This document shows positions 35,971-45,391 of a stretch of 64,000 nucleotides of DNA, piece by piece. Positions within the stretch are counted from its first letter, which is position 1; each line of letters begins with the position of its first letter. This stretch comes from a virus. The position numbers and the translations under genes were made by a program. Where the stretch lies: IMG/VR virus record IMGVR_UViG_3300031227_009907, positions 1 through 64,000 of that record; one strand, 5' to 3'. Below the pieces are notes generated by a model, which saw only the letters and a program-made list of their open reading frames with translations, did not search any database and was not told where the DNA came from.

Positions 35971-36225
35971 ATGGGGATTAAAATTGAATCGGTACAAGAT
36001 GAGTTTGACATTACAGTTTTAAAGCCCAAGGATACATTTGAATATGAGGGAAGGTATTATATGGTTGTGAATGTTGCCGCCATTATTAGTGGGGGAGAGG
36101 TTAAGGGGGATTTTTTCTGTGTTGATTTTGGCTCTGGGTTTGTTAATGTATTTTCTTCTAATCCAAAGAAATTAAGTCGTCCGTTTCGTAAGGTTGATTT
36201 TATTGCGCACGAAGAGAAAGTTTAA
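35971..36225 (+). CDS. Hypothetical protein
   Basis: AAGGA RBS. Confidence 0.55.
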   Translation: MGIKIESVQDEFDITVLKPKDTFEYEGRYYMVVNVAAIISGGEVKGDFFCVDFGSGFVNVFSSNPKKLSRPFRKVDFIAHEEKV

Positions 36226-36229
36226 CGAG

Positions 36230-36811
36230 ATGTCTTGGAAAGGAGTAAAAGATAAAGACGGTCTTTATAATTTTTGCACTCGCTGTTCTTTATGTGAGAC
36301 AAGGCGGCAAATGGTCTTAGGGTACGGAGGGAATAAGGCTATCTTTGTGGGGGAGGCCCCAGGAGAGGAGGAGGACTGGAAGGGGAGACCTTTTGTGGGG
36401 AAATCAGGGAGGCTTGCACGCAGGGGGCTAAACAATCTTGGTTTTTCCCATAAAAGTGGGTTTTTTATGAATACGGTTTTATGTCGTCCCCCTCGAAATA
36501 GGAACCCTACAGCAGATGAAATAAAAGCCTGTCGGTTTAGAGACCGTCTTTATCTTGCAGTTAAACTTAATGACTGTAATACCGTAATATGTTTAGGGAA
36601 AGTTGCCTTTAGTGCCGTTGTTAATGATCGTGATATGTTTGAGACATTATGGAGGATGGAAAAATGTAAATATAGGATGAAACTCAGGGATATTACAGTT
36701 TTTGTTGGGAAAACTAAACATCCTGCTTATTATCTAAGGCAACCCGATTCGCAGAAAAGTTTTGAGAGTGATATGTATAAAACCTTAAATTTTCTTGGCC
36801 TTTTACAGTAA
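36230..36811 (+). CDS. Uracil-DNA glycosylase family 4 (Fe-S)
   Basis: CTRCSLC, FVGEAPG..ED..GRPFVG.SG, NTVLCRPP.NR.P, HPAY. Confidence 0.92.
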   Translation: MSWKGVKDKDGLYNFCTRCSLCETRRQMVLGYGGNKAIFVGEAPGEEEDWKGRPFVGKSGRLARRGLNNLGFSHKSGFFMNTVLCRPPRNRNPTADEIKACRFRDRLYLAVKLNDCNTVICLGKVAFSAVVNDRDMFETLWRMEKCKYRMKLRDITVFVGKTKHPAYYLRQPDSQKSFESDMYKTLNFLGLLQ

Positions 36812-36823
36812 AGGAAAATAATT

Positions 36824-37060
36824 TTGCATAAGTGTATTGAAAATTGGGCAAATGTAGTTGCTGGAAACGTAAGGAATTATATTGCTAAGGTGAGAGAGGC
36901 CAGGGAGAATGATTTGGAGATAGAAGCGGCATTTAATGAAGGGACCGTTAATGGGCTGAGGATAGCTGTCGCTAAAATGCTAATGTCTATGGCCATGGAA
37001 ATGGAAGATACTAGCAATTCCTTACAGACTATAATTGACGAGTGTAAGAGGATAAATTAA
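36824..37060 (+). CDS. Hypothetical protein
   Basis: Fills gap between UDG and RecA. Confidence 0.45.
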   Translation: MHKCIENWANVVAGNVRNYIAKVREARENDLEIEAAFNEGTVNGLRIAVAKMLMSMAMEMEDTSNSLQTIIDECKRIN

Positions 37061-38077
37061 TTGAAAGGAAGAAGCTTTACAACGCTAAAGAATAAATTAG
37101 CTAAGGAATTTCCTGGCTTGATATTTACTCCTGACGAGATTAAGCCCTCCTTAATTATGTCGTCCGGTTGCATAGGGATTGACTGGATTACAAGGATCGG
37201 GGGGTATGAGGCAGGGAGAATATATGAAATATCTGGGCCTGAGCATTCGGGGAAGACAACACTTGCATTACTATTCATTAAGCAATGTCAGAAAAAAAAT
37301 ATCCCATGTGTGTACATTGACGCAGAACATTCAATGGATAAAGATTATGCCAGGTTCCTTGGGGTTAATGTTGATGAACTTATCTACGCTCTTCCTGATA
37401 CGATGGAAGAAGCTTTTGAAATAGTTGAGAAAATAGCAGAGCAATCTTCCATTGATAATTCTAAATGTGTTGTAATTGATTCATTTGCTGCTTTAGCCCC
37501 AAAAAGAGAGATTGACGGGGGTGTTTCTAAAGACACAATAGGGATACAAGCTTCGGTTATGAGTCGCTCATTGCGCTTGTTGAAAAATAAATTGCGTAGA
37601 GGAGGGTGTTTTCTTTTAGGGACAAACCAGGTGAGGCAAAAGGTGGGAGGGTATTTGTCTGGCATAGAGATTACCCCATGTGGGCAGGCCCTTAAGCATT
37701 ACGCTTCTGTGCGAATAAAGCTATCTAATTATTCTTGGGTTAGGAAAGGTGGAGTTAAAACCGGAAAGGCTGTAGCACATAGGATACGTGCCAAGGTTAT
37801 CAAAAATAGGATGGGATGTCCTTTTTATTCAACCGAGTTTAATTTAAGGTTTGAAGGAAAAATTGGGCTAGATCAAACGCTTAGCATTATTGATACGGCT
37901 ATAGCGGCTAAGGTCTTAAGGAAGGTCCAAAGGAACAAGAAGAAGGTTTTGGTCTTAGGAGATATGGAGTGGAAAAGTATGAAAGAATTTGGCGGTAGTG
38001 TCAATAAAGATGTTCTTAGAAAGATGGTTGTATTGATTAGGGAAAGAATTCAGGAAGATAGGAAAAGTTTGTCTTAA
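37061..38077 (+). CDS. recA: RecA/UvsX recombinase
   Basis: GPEHSGKTT, YIDAEH, VIDSFAAL, NQVR, ALKHYASVRI, KNR. Confidence 0.95.
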   Translation: MKGRSFTTLKNKLAKEFPGLIFTPDEIKPSLIMSSGCIGIDWITRIGGYEAGRIYEISGPEHSGKTTLALLFIKQCQKKNIPCVYIDAEHSMDKDYARFLGVNVDELIYALPDTMEEAFEIVEKIAEQSSIDNSKCVVIDSFAALAPKREIDGGVSKDTIGIQASVMSRSLRLLKNKLRRGGCFLLGTNQVRQKVGGYLSGIEITPCGQALKHYASVRIKLSNYSWVRKGGVKTGKAVAHRIRAKVIKNRMGCPFYSTEFNLRFEGKIGLDQTLSIIDTAIAAKVLRKVQRNKKKVLVLGDMEWKSMKEFGGSVNKDVLRKMVVLIRERIQEDRKSLS

Positions 38078-38121
38078 GGGGGTATGGTCTTAATTGAGAT
38101 ACTAATTATGCGGAGGTTGGA

Positions 38122-39240
38122 GTGAAGGTTTATCATATTGCCGATTTACACATAAGAAATGGTTTTACCTGTGGGGTAATGAGAAACGGGTTTGATTCTC
38201 GATTGTTTGACCTGAGAAAGCTTTTGATGTCCGTTGCTTTTGATGCGGCTAAATATAAAAAGAAGAGTAAGGGCGAACAGGTAGTCCTTATAGTTTCGGG
38301 CGATGTATTTAATAGCCCAGACCCAGATACAATATCTCGCTGTGTCTTTGATGAATTTTTATTTTTTTGCCTTGAAAATTTTATTTATATAGTGATGATA
38401 CCAGGTAATCACGAGGTAGAAGGGGCGTATACGTCTCTTGATAATTATGCAAGTATGAACCTTAATCCTTTAATGGTTAGCACCTGTAAGAGTAAATGTT
38501 TTGATGTATGGGAGAAGGGAAGGATTGGGGTTGTCCCTTGGCAGGAAGATATTGGAAAGATGATTGACGGGATTAAGAAGGTTAAGAGGGGAGGGGCTGC
38601 AATCCTAGTTACTCATGGGATAGTTGAAGGGTTTGCTCCGAATAATTGGGAAGAGAGAAATGAGTTAGACGGTAGAATACCGGTTAAGCTACTTAGGGAC
38701 TTTGAATATTGTGCATTAGGTCATTTACATTGCAATCATTTCTCTAAGAATATTGGATACCCTGGAGGAATTATAAGGGAGGGTTTTCACGAAGGAAATG
38801 TTGAAAAAGGAGTTATTGAACTCACATTTAAAGGGGGGAAGCTTACACATAAGGTTTGTAAGATTTTTACTGATAAGCTTTTTGCTATTTATACTTTTAG
38901 CAAATCGGGATGGAAAAAATATAATGCTGACTTAAGCAGTGGATGTATTAATTTTGTTAGATTTAATATCCCATCTTCTTTAATCCGTTATAAGCAAAAG
39001 TTGATTGACAAAGTTCGTAGAGATGGGATAGACTATGTAGAGGCGTGTCGCTTAAATGGGCCTATCAGCCAAGGAGGGGAAGGAAGGAAAATTGAGAAGG
39101 CTAATGTTGTAAAAGGAAAGGGATTAAAAGAGTTTATGGAAGAATGTATTGTAAGTGAAATAAGCCGTAAAGGATTTAAAATGGCCGATGAGATAAAATC
39201 TGTTTGTTGCAAGGCTTTAGATAAAGTATCTATAGAATAG
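38122..39240 (+). CDS. sbcD: SbcD/Mre11-like nuclease
   Basis: HIADLH, GDVF, PGNHE, THG, ALGHLH, YPG. Confidence 0.9.
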   Translation: MKVYHIADLHIRNGFTCGVMRNGFDSRLFDLRKLLMSVAFDAAKYKKKSKGEQVVLIVSGDVFNSPDPDTISRCVFDEFLFFCLENFIYIVMIPGNHEVEGAYTSLDNYASMNLNPLMVSTCKSKCFDVWEKGRIGVVPWQEDIGKMIDGIKKVKRGGAAILVTHGIVEGFAPNNWEERNELDGRIPVKLLRDFEYCALGHLHCNHFSKNIGYPGGIIREGFHEGNVEKGVIELTFKGGKLTHKVCKIFTDKLFAIYTFSKSGWKKYNADLSSGCINFVRFNIPSSLIRYKQKLIDKVRRDGIDYVEACRLNGPISQGGEGRKIEKANVVKGKGLKEFMEECIVSEISRKGFKMADEIKSVCCKALDKVSIE

Positions 39241-39250
39241 GAGAGAAAAG

Positions 39251-39469
39251 ATGGGTCTTTACTTAACAAGAGATGTAGAAGGGTATGGACTTTGGAATGG
39301 GATGCCACTTTATAGTAAAAGGGAAGGGGCGTTTGTTGTCAAGAACAACTTTATACTAAATTATTGGGGAAATAAGCGGCCTTGGATGGTAAAACTTAAA
39401 GTGGGGGAGATTATGAAAATAGACTATATAGACGGCAATATACGGCAAAGAAAAGTAAAAAAAACATAA
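39251..39469 (+). CDS. Small hypothetical protein
   Basis: AGGAG RBS. Confidence 0.55.
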   Translation: MGLYLTRDVEGYGLWNGMPLYSKREGAFVVKNNFILNYWGNKRPWMVKLKVGEIMKIDYIDGNIRQRKVKKT

Positions 39470-39484
39470 AAGGTATACAGTGTT

Positions 39485-41200
39485 ATGCAATTGTTAAGCC
39501 TTAAATTACATAATATATTTTGTTACAAAGATGTAGAACTATCTTTTAATGATATGTCTTCAGGGACTGTGTTGGTGTGTGGGCAAAAAGACGGGGATAT
39601 GAAAGCCTCTAATTATTCAGGGAAAACATCTTTATTCGAGGCTATTACGTGGGCGTTGTATGGACAGGTCTATAAGGCGAAAGGAGAGATAAGAAGCGGT
39701 ACTACAAGGGCTCTTAAGGTGCTGAGGTCGGGGAGTAAGCAGGGTTGGGCCGTATTGTCGTTTATGATCGATAATCATAAAGTGGTTGTTAAGCGTTCAT
39801 GTTCCGGAACTGTTAAAATATCTGAAGGGGATAAAGAACATAGTTTCTCAAGGGTAACGAAAGCTAATGAATATATCGAAAAAAATATTATTAGGATGAG
39901 CTTCGATGCTTGGATTAATAGTATTATGTTTAGTGGTGAGAGATTTGCTAATTTTCTTTCCCTTAGTTCATCTCAGAGGAAACAGGTATTGGAGGAGGCA
40001 ATCCGTGTTGAAATACTAAGGAAGGCGGGAGATATTGTCGGGAAGAAATTGAAGTCAGAGGCTATTAAATTAGATGATATTGACAAACGAAAGCAAAATA
40101 TAAGCGGGAGAATAACAACCTATAAAAAGCTTATTGGTGAATATGGTGTAAAGGATTTTCAAGGAGAAAGAGAACGTATAATTAATGAAATTGCTAAATT
40201 AGAGTGCGACAGTAGGAAGAATAAGAAGGAATACAGGAGGGTCGAGAAGAAACTATACTCCCTTGACAATGAAAAGGCTTTGTTGGGGGCACATAGAAAA
40301 GGGGGGTATGCTGAGAAGAAAGTGAAAGAGGGTTTTGCAAGTCTTGTGTCTAAAAATCCAGCCATGTGTCCTATTTGTGGGCATGATGCCGGAAGAAAAC
40401 TTCCTGATATGATATTGTCTTTTATGGATAGACTTTGCGCTTTATGCTTTGGTCCTAGCGATGTTGGTAAAATTGAGATTTTAAATAAGAAGCAGGAGGC
40501 TGTTGAGCGTGTTTTTACAAAATTAGAAGAGAATGAAAGAGCTTTTACTGATAAGATTTATTCCCTACATGAACGCTTAAAAGATTTTGATAAACTGTTA
40601 TCTCTAATTAAGGCGAAGGATGACTACAAGAAAAACTTGAGGAGCCTTTCTATAGGTTATCGAAAACAAGCCATACTCTGCGATGAGGTGCTTCGTCCGT
40701 CTGTGCGGGTGCTTGGAGTGGATGGGGCTGTCAATGTGGCCTTAGAGGCGATCTGTGGTAGTATTCTCAATACCCGTCCCAATGAATACCTTGCCCAGAT
40801 TGATTGTCCTTTCCGTGTAAAGTTTGTGCTAGATAATAAACTTCACATATTTGTTGTCCGAGGGAAGGAAGAGGCTGACATAAGGAGTCTATCGACGAGC
40901 GAGAAAGTAATCTTGTCGATAGCAATTTCCCTGGCCCTTGGTGATATTTTTATTACCTATAGTAGGCCAGTGAATTTTATTGTTTATGATGAGCCGTTTA
41001 TATGCGTAGACATTAAAAATAGTGAAAAGATAATGGATTTGTTCAAGGGAATAGCTAGAGAGTGGGGGATACTCGTATTTATCATTTCTAATAGATTTGA
41101 CATCATTAGTATACATAAAAATTCTCCTTGTGTTTTTGTGGACAATAACAACGGCATATCTGATGTTAGTTATTTAAATAGGGTCCCTGTAAATAATTAA
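39485..41200 (+). CDS. sbcC: SbcC/Rad50-like SMC ATPase
   Basis: NYSGKTS, coiled coils, CPICG hook, LSTSE signature, YDEPF. Confidence 0.9.
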   Translation: MQLLSLKLHNIFCYKDVELSFNDMSSGTVLVCGQKDGDMKASNYSGKTSLFEAITWALYGQVYKAKGEIRSGTTRALKVLRSGSKQGWAVLSFMIDNHKVVVKRSCSGTVKISEGDKEHSFSRVTKANEYIEKNIIRMSFDAWINSIMFSGERFANFLSLSSSQRKQVLEEAIRVEILRKAGDIVGKKLKSEAIKLDDIDKRKQNISGRITTYKKLIGEYGVKDFQGERERIINEIAKLECDSRKNKKEYRRVEKKLYSLDNEKALLGAHRKGGYAEKKVKEGFASLVSKNPAMCPICGHDAGRKLPDMILSFMDRLCALCFGPSDVGKIEILNKKQEAVERVFTKLEENERAFTDKIYSLHERLKDFDKLLSLIKAKDDYKKNLRSLSIGYRKQAILCDEVLRPSVRVLGVDGAVNVALEAICGSILNTRPNEYLAQIDCPFRVKFVLDNKLHIFVVRGKEEADIRSLSTSEKVILSIAISLALGDIFITYSRPVNFIVYDEPFICVDIKNSEKIMDLFKGIAREWGILVFIISNRFDIISIHKNSPCVFVDNNNGISDVSYLNRVPVNN

Positions 41201-41214
41201 TAAGGGAGAGGAAT

Positions 41215-41433
41215 GTGAGGAGGCACGTAGATGAAGATGACGAACTATCTTTTGGTGAATTGTTGGATGAGGATGAAGAACTGGTATGTGGGGAATATGA
41301 CATTGAAGAGAGGTATAAAAGAAATGTTGATTTGGAGGGGAGTATTTTTGTTTGCGGTGTAGCTCTTGTGGGGCTTATTGTTCTTGCTGTAATAGCTTTG
41401 GTTGTTAGAAAAAATAATAATGAAAAAGAATAA
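41215..41433 (+). CDS. Small membrane-anchored acidic protein
   Basis: Acidic N-term, one C-terminal TM. Confidence 0.55.
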   Translation: MRRHVDEDDELSFGELLDEDEELVCGEYDIEERYKRNVDLEGSIFVCGVALVGLIVLAVIALVVRKNNNEKE

Positions 41434-42397
41434 TAGATATCTATTTGTTGATGGCAACTACCTGATGCACAGGTCTTTTCATTCCATCAGTGGCCTTGAG
41501 TCGTCAGATGGGATTGCCACCAATGCAATATATGGGTTTTTGAAGACATTTATGATGGTTTTAAGGAGGTTTTCTCCTGGGCGTATTCTTGTTGCATGGG
41601 ATTGCATGAGAGAGGAAAATGCAAGAGTAATGTGGACCAAGAAATTGCTTAAGGAGGGGAAGATAAAGAAGTCTTATAAGTCTTCTCGTGGTAAGGCGAA
41701 TAAAGGAGATGACTTATATACTCAGTTTGATTACACGAAGAAGATATTAGGTTTGCTTGGTGTTAGCCAGCTTATGATAAATCATTTTGAGGCAGATGAT
41801 ATAATCGCTGGGGCTGTGAGTGCCGTTAGTCTTACAAAATTAAAGGCACATGAGATTATTATTTTAACAGGAGATAAAGATTACGTTCAATTACTGTCAT
41901 TCCCAAATGTTAGGCTGTGTTTTTATGATGTTTCTAAAAAAGAATGGGTAGTTTATGAAAGTGGGGATATTATTGATGGGGTCAAACCTGAAGATTGGGT
42001 TTATTATGGTAGCTTAATGGGGGATGCGTCAGATGATATCCCTGGTGTCCCTGGTATAGGTCCTGCTAAGGCTAAAGTGCTCATGGAGCATGTTGCTTAT
42101 GAGGATATTCTTAGGTATAATTCTTTAAGTGTTTTAGACAGGGCCTGTTTTAGGACAGGGCATTCTGAGAATGTGTTAAAGATTTTTGATGCGGTAATGA
42201 AGAATTATGAATTATTTATTACAAGTAGGGCATTAAAAGAGATGAAGGGGGATGTTTTACGTAAAAGTGAAAAATTAATAGGCTGTAATTTTAGGCTAAA
42301 AAAACCCTCTGTTAAAGCTCTTGGAGAAATTTTCAATGAATTAGATATGAATGAAATTACTCCGCTTCACCTTATTAGATGTACTGGGAGGCTGTAA
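41420..42397 (+). CDS. 5'-3' exonuclease / flap endonuclease (PolI N-terminal-like)
   Basis: VDGNYL.HR, TNAIYGF, YK..R, EADDII, TGDKD, GDASDDIPGVPGIG. Confidence 0.93.
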   Translation: MKKNNRYLFVDGNYLMHRSFHSISGLESSDGIATNAIYGFLKTFMMVLRRFSPGRILVAWDCMREENARVMWTKKLLKEGKIKKSYKSSRGKANKGDDLYTQFDYTKKILGLLGVSQLMINHFEADDIIAGAVSAVSLTKLKAHEIIILTGDKDYVQLLSFPNVRLCFYDVSKKEWVVYESGDIIDGVKPEDWVYYGSLMGDASDDIPGVPGIGPAKAKVLMEHVAYEDILRYNSLSVLDRACFRTGHSENVLKIFDAVMKNYELFITSRALKEMKGDVLRKSEKLIGCNFRLKKPSVKALGEIFNELDMNEITPLHLIRCTGRL

Positions 42398-42399
42398 AA

Positions 42400-42945
42400 A
42401 TGAAGAAGTATCTAGGATTTGTTGGGTTTGATCCAGGGACAAAAGGGGGCGCTATTGCGTTGTTGGTTTCCCCAAGGAGAGAAAAGGAAAAGGTAAGTTT
42501 TGTTAAGTCTTTGGATTTTCACCTTGTTCCTACGTTGGGCGGAAGAAAAGATTGTGTGGATGTATATTGGTTGAATGATGTTCTTCAGAAATGGAATGAG
42601 CACAAGAATATATCCATAGAAATGGTTGCTATTGAGGATGTTCACGCTTTCCCTAAGCAGGGGGTGGCGAGTGCTTTTTGGTTTGGGGATAGTTTTGGGG
42701 CGATCAAGAGTGCTGTAGCGGCCATTAGAGCCCCCTGTAAGCTTGTTACTCCTGCGAGATGGCAGAAGGCCACCATTGGTAAAAGGGCTGGAGGAAACCA
42801 TGAGTTAATACGTTCTGAGGCGATAAGGATGTTTCCCGATGTTGACTTGAGTAATAAAGGGGACCACAATAGAGCGTGTGCGCTAATGCTTGCGAAGTAT
42901 GCTAAAATGGGTTATTATGGAGAAATTATAGATGGTAAAAAATAG
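42400..42945 (+). CDS. ruvC: RuvC-like Holliday junction resolvase
   Basis: GFDPG..GAIA, IEDV...P.QGV.SAF.FG, VTPARWQK. Confidence 0.82.
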   Translation: MKKYLGFVGFDPGTKGGAIALLVSPRREKEKVSFVKSLDFHLVPTLGGRKDCVDVYWLNDVLQKWNEHKNISIEMVAIEDVHAFPKQGVASAFWFGDSFGAIKSAVAAIRAPCKLVTPARWQKATIGKRAGGNHELIRSEAIRMFPDVDLSNKGDHNRACALMLAKYAKMGYYGEIIDGKK

Positions 42946-42980
42946 AGTTAAAGCCGATAATCTATTTAAGGGGTGTTTGA

Positions 42981-43181
42981 ATGAACTCCTATGTAAGTAT
43001 TGAAATTGCTAAGGGAGGATATTGTTGGTGTATTGATTTTGTATCAGAGGGTGTGTGTATTGACATGGATTGCGATGAAATTTATACTACTAAAAAAGGA
43101 GCTATCAGGGGTTGTAAAAAATGGTTGAAGAAAATTGATCTGAAGGCGGTATGGGAACATAATGGTGAGGCTTTTAATTAA
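42981..43181 (+). CDS. Sixth, dispersed member of the DUF1508-like family
   Basis: YCWCI ... YTTKKGAIRGCKKWLKKIDL. Confidence 0.65.
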   Translation: MNSYVSIEIAKGGYCWCIDFVSEGVCIDMDCDEIYTTKKGAIRGCKKWLKKIDLKAVWEHNGEAFN

Positions 43182-43193
43182 AAGGAGTTAGAG

Positions 43194-43463
43194 ATGGCGG
43201 ATGGAAATAGGAACCAGTTTGTTATCTTTTTTAAGTCGGGATCATTTGTAAGGGTTATGTCCAGTATTGATCTTGTGCAAAAGTTTAGTGTAGCTAAAGC
43301 GGCTAAAGAGGACCAGTTCCTTGTAGCAACGACTAGCGGGGATGTTGTTGGCATGATTTCAACGGACATAGATGCGATTGTAAATTCTAATGTTACTACA
43401 TTTAATTATTCTAGGGCTGGTGGACACCCAATGCAGAGGCCGTATAACAGTGAGAGAACCTAA
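43194..43463 (+). CDS. Hypothetical protein
   Basis: AAGGAG RBS. Confidence 0.6.
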   Translation: MADGNRNQFVIFFKSGSFVRVMSSIDLVQKFSVAKAAKEDQFLVATTSGDVVGMISTDIDAIVNSNVTTFNYSRAGGHPMQRPYNSERT

Positions 43464-43477
43464 GAGGGAACAGTAAA

Positions 43478-43804
43478 ATGGGTATTATTGACATTAGCGT
43501 AGTTGGTGTAACATTTGGTGATCGTCCCAATAAGATTAAAAGAATTTCTGAGGCCGTTGATAAAGGAAAAACAATTGATGTATCCTTGAAACCAGTAAAA
43601 AATGAATATGACCCCATGGCTGTTGCTGTGTGCTACATGGAAAATGGGAAGAGTGTTCAGGTTGGATTTGTCCCGAAAGAGATAGCGGGCCTTATAAGGA
43701 TGGCTTTACACGATAATATGGTTAAGAAAGTTGTATTGGATGATGTTGGATATGATGAGCAGAAGAAGATTCCTTGGATGCGTATAAAAGTAGGAATGGG
43801 ATAA
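43478..43804 (+). CDS. HIRAN domain protein
   Basis: VVGVTF, L....NEYDPMAVAV, VGFVPKE.A. Confidence 0.85.
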   Translation: MGIIDISVVGVTFGDRPNKIKRISEAVDKGKTIDVSLKPVKNEYDPMAVAVCYMENGKSVQVGFVPKEIAGLIRMALHDNMVKKVVLDDVGYDEQKKIPWMRIKVGMG

Positions 43805-44016
43805 TGGAAATATATGTGGGAGATGGAGCTGTTAAGAAATTGAATGAGATGACACAAGACTGCGAAGAACGGCATGAAGCTGGATGGCCTATTAAGTGTG
43901 CTAATTGTGGAGCATATTATTCTCCTGATGAGGATTGGCAAGATCACACAGTTTGTTCGCTTGAATGTAGTGCGGATTATGCTGCTTATTTAAATGGGGT
44001 TATCGCAGGATTTTAG
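43804..44016 (+). CDS. Small Zn-finger protein
   Basis: CANCG ... CSLEC. Confidence 0.55.
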   Translation: MEIYVGDGAVKKLNEMTQDCEERHEAGWPIKCANCGAYYSPDEDWQDHTVCSLECSADYAAYLNGVIAGF

Positions 44017-44049
44017 TTGTATAATTAGTTTTTAGAATAGGATAATACG

Positions 44050-44334
44050 ATGAAAAACTGTCCGAAATGTGGGGCGTTAGCAGTTCTTTTCGCTGATTAC
44101 GAAAAGAATGATCTCTCGGCTCTTGGGTTACGATGTTTAGATAGGTGTGGGTGGATGCGCACTATGGCGGATGTTGAAGCCGAGAATGTTAAGCTTAAAT
44201 CTGAGATAAAAGATGTCTTTAAAGGATTAAAAGAAATTTTATCGCCCATGAGCCTTTGTTTAACAGGAGGCGTAGAATGGAATAGTTTAAAAATACAACT
44301 AAATAATGTCTTGTGTAGAATCAATACCGAATAA
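44050..44334 (+). CDS. Zn-finger/coiled-coil hypothetical protein
   Basis: CPKCG ... CLDRCG. Confidence 0.55.
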   Translation: MKNCPKCGALAVLFADYEKNDLSALGLRCLDRCGWMRTMADVEAENVKLKSEIKDVFKGLKEILSPMSLCLTGGVEWNSLKIQLNNVLCRINTE

Positions 44335-44372
44335 ATAGGCGTAGGGTGCATTTAAAGGTGGAGATAGGATAG

Positions 44373-44501
44373 ATGCCTAAGATTATTTATGTAGAAAAAG
44401 CTTTTCGACCTGATAGTCTTTTAATGATTGACAAAGCTAAGGAAGGGGATGATCGTAAAAAATTAAAAGAAGTGTCTAAATTAGTTTTTAGGAGAGAATG
44501 A
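44373..44501 (+). pseudogene. Probable internally deleted gene stub (42 aa)
   Basis: MPKIIYVEKAFRPDSLLMIDKA recalls the N-terminus of phage TopoVI-A/Spo11-like proteins, joined directly to an E.DDRKKL C-terminal-like tail. Confidence 0.4.
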
Positions 44502-44538
44502 AAGGCTATAGGATGAAAGGACGGAGGTTACAGAAATG

Positions 44539-44663
44539 AACATGGGCGCGGGTGGCGCAATGCGCCGGATCGCAGATGAGTCTTATGCTGACGACGGGAT
44601 GGTCATATGCACCCGCCCGCTGGAGCCGGTTGGGGAAAGCCGGTGCCCGCGCCTTGTTTTTTT
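44539..44663 (+). ncRNA. Candidate GC-rich cloverleaf-like ncRNA
   Basis: AACA(T)GGGCGCGGGT/GCCCGCGCCTTGTT closing stem; GGCGC-AAT-GCGCC; CGGG..CCCG; CCGGTT-GGGGAA-AGCCGG; ends in T-tract. Confidence 0.6.
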
Positions 44664-44677
44664 AAAGGAGACGTAGA

Positions 44678-44932
44678 ATGAGCGTATTATCTAATGTTAT
44701 GGAACTTGTGCAACAGCGAGCAGATACTGGCAAGCAGCAAATTAATGCGGCAGACGTGAGTCGTGTTTTGCGGTGTTTTTGGGATGTAGTGTTTAGCGAT
44801 CAGATTACAGATGAAGAGTATGACCAGGTACAGGCAGATGCGCTTAGACTTTGGAAGAAACGACAAGCAAGGATGTTGTGGGAAGATGACTGTGAAGTGA
44901 CACTCATTAAAATGGGGAAGCCCAAAACTTAA
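44678..44932 (+). CDS. Small helical protein, possibly HU-like nucleoid protein
   Basis: RADT....IN.A..SRVL.CF.DV; AAAGGAG RBS. Confidence 0.55.
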   Translation: MSVLSNVMELVQQRADTGKQQINAADVSRVLRCFWDVVFSDQITDEEYDQVQADALRLWKKRQARMLWEDDCEVTLIKMGKPKT

Positions 44933-44959
44933 TAAATAAGCAGATAGAGGAGAATAGGG

Positions 44960-45391
44960 GTGGATGTCGTTCCTGAGGTTAAAAGACAGACTAAGACTTG
45001 TATAGTTTGCCGACAAACTAAACCTATTTCTGATTTTTATGCAAAATCACGTAAGTGTGGCGGCTTTTTTACCGAGTGCAAGGAGTGTTTCAAGGAACGA
45101 GTTAGAATAAATTATGCACATATACATAATTTTGGTTATACCCGTGGGACAGTTATAACTCAAGAGGTTATTGGGAAAAAACTAGGAATAACTCCGCAAG
45201 GAGTGTCTGTAATAGAACGGCGTGCTCTTAAAAAGTTGGCTAAAGCTTTTAGGATTTTAGAGGATGGGAGTGTTGATGAACGGGAGAGCATGGTAATGAG
45301 GGTGGCATTAAGTATGGGGGAGAACTGGGAACGGCAACATAAGGACCGACTTATAATTAGCAAGGAGAATAAAATTGCCCAACAAACCTAA
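44960..45391 (+). CDS. Zn-finger + sigma70 region-4 HTH protein
   Basis: KTC..C...KP..DFY...CKEC; TQEVIGKKLGITPQGVSVIERRALKKL. Confidence 0.75.
   Translation: MDVVPEVKRQTKTCIVCRQTKPISDFYAKSRKCGGFFTECKECFKERVRINYAHIHNFGYTRGTVITQEVIGKKLGITPQGVSVIERRALKKLAKAFRILEDGSVDERESMVMRVALSMGENWERQHKDRLIISKENKIAQQT

Noticed and set aside
44544-44560. Similarity to the 5' end of 7SL/Alu RNA, or tRNA-Sec
   Set aside because: Short GC-rich match only; no SRP helix-8 context and no U-UCA anticodon loop
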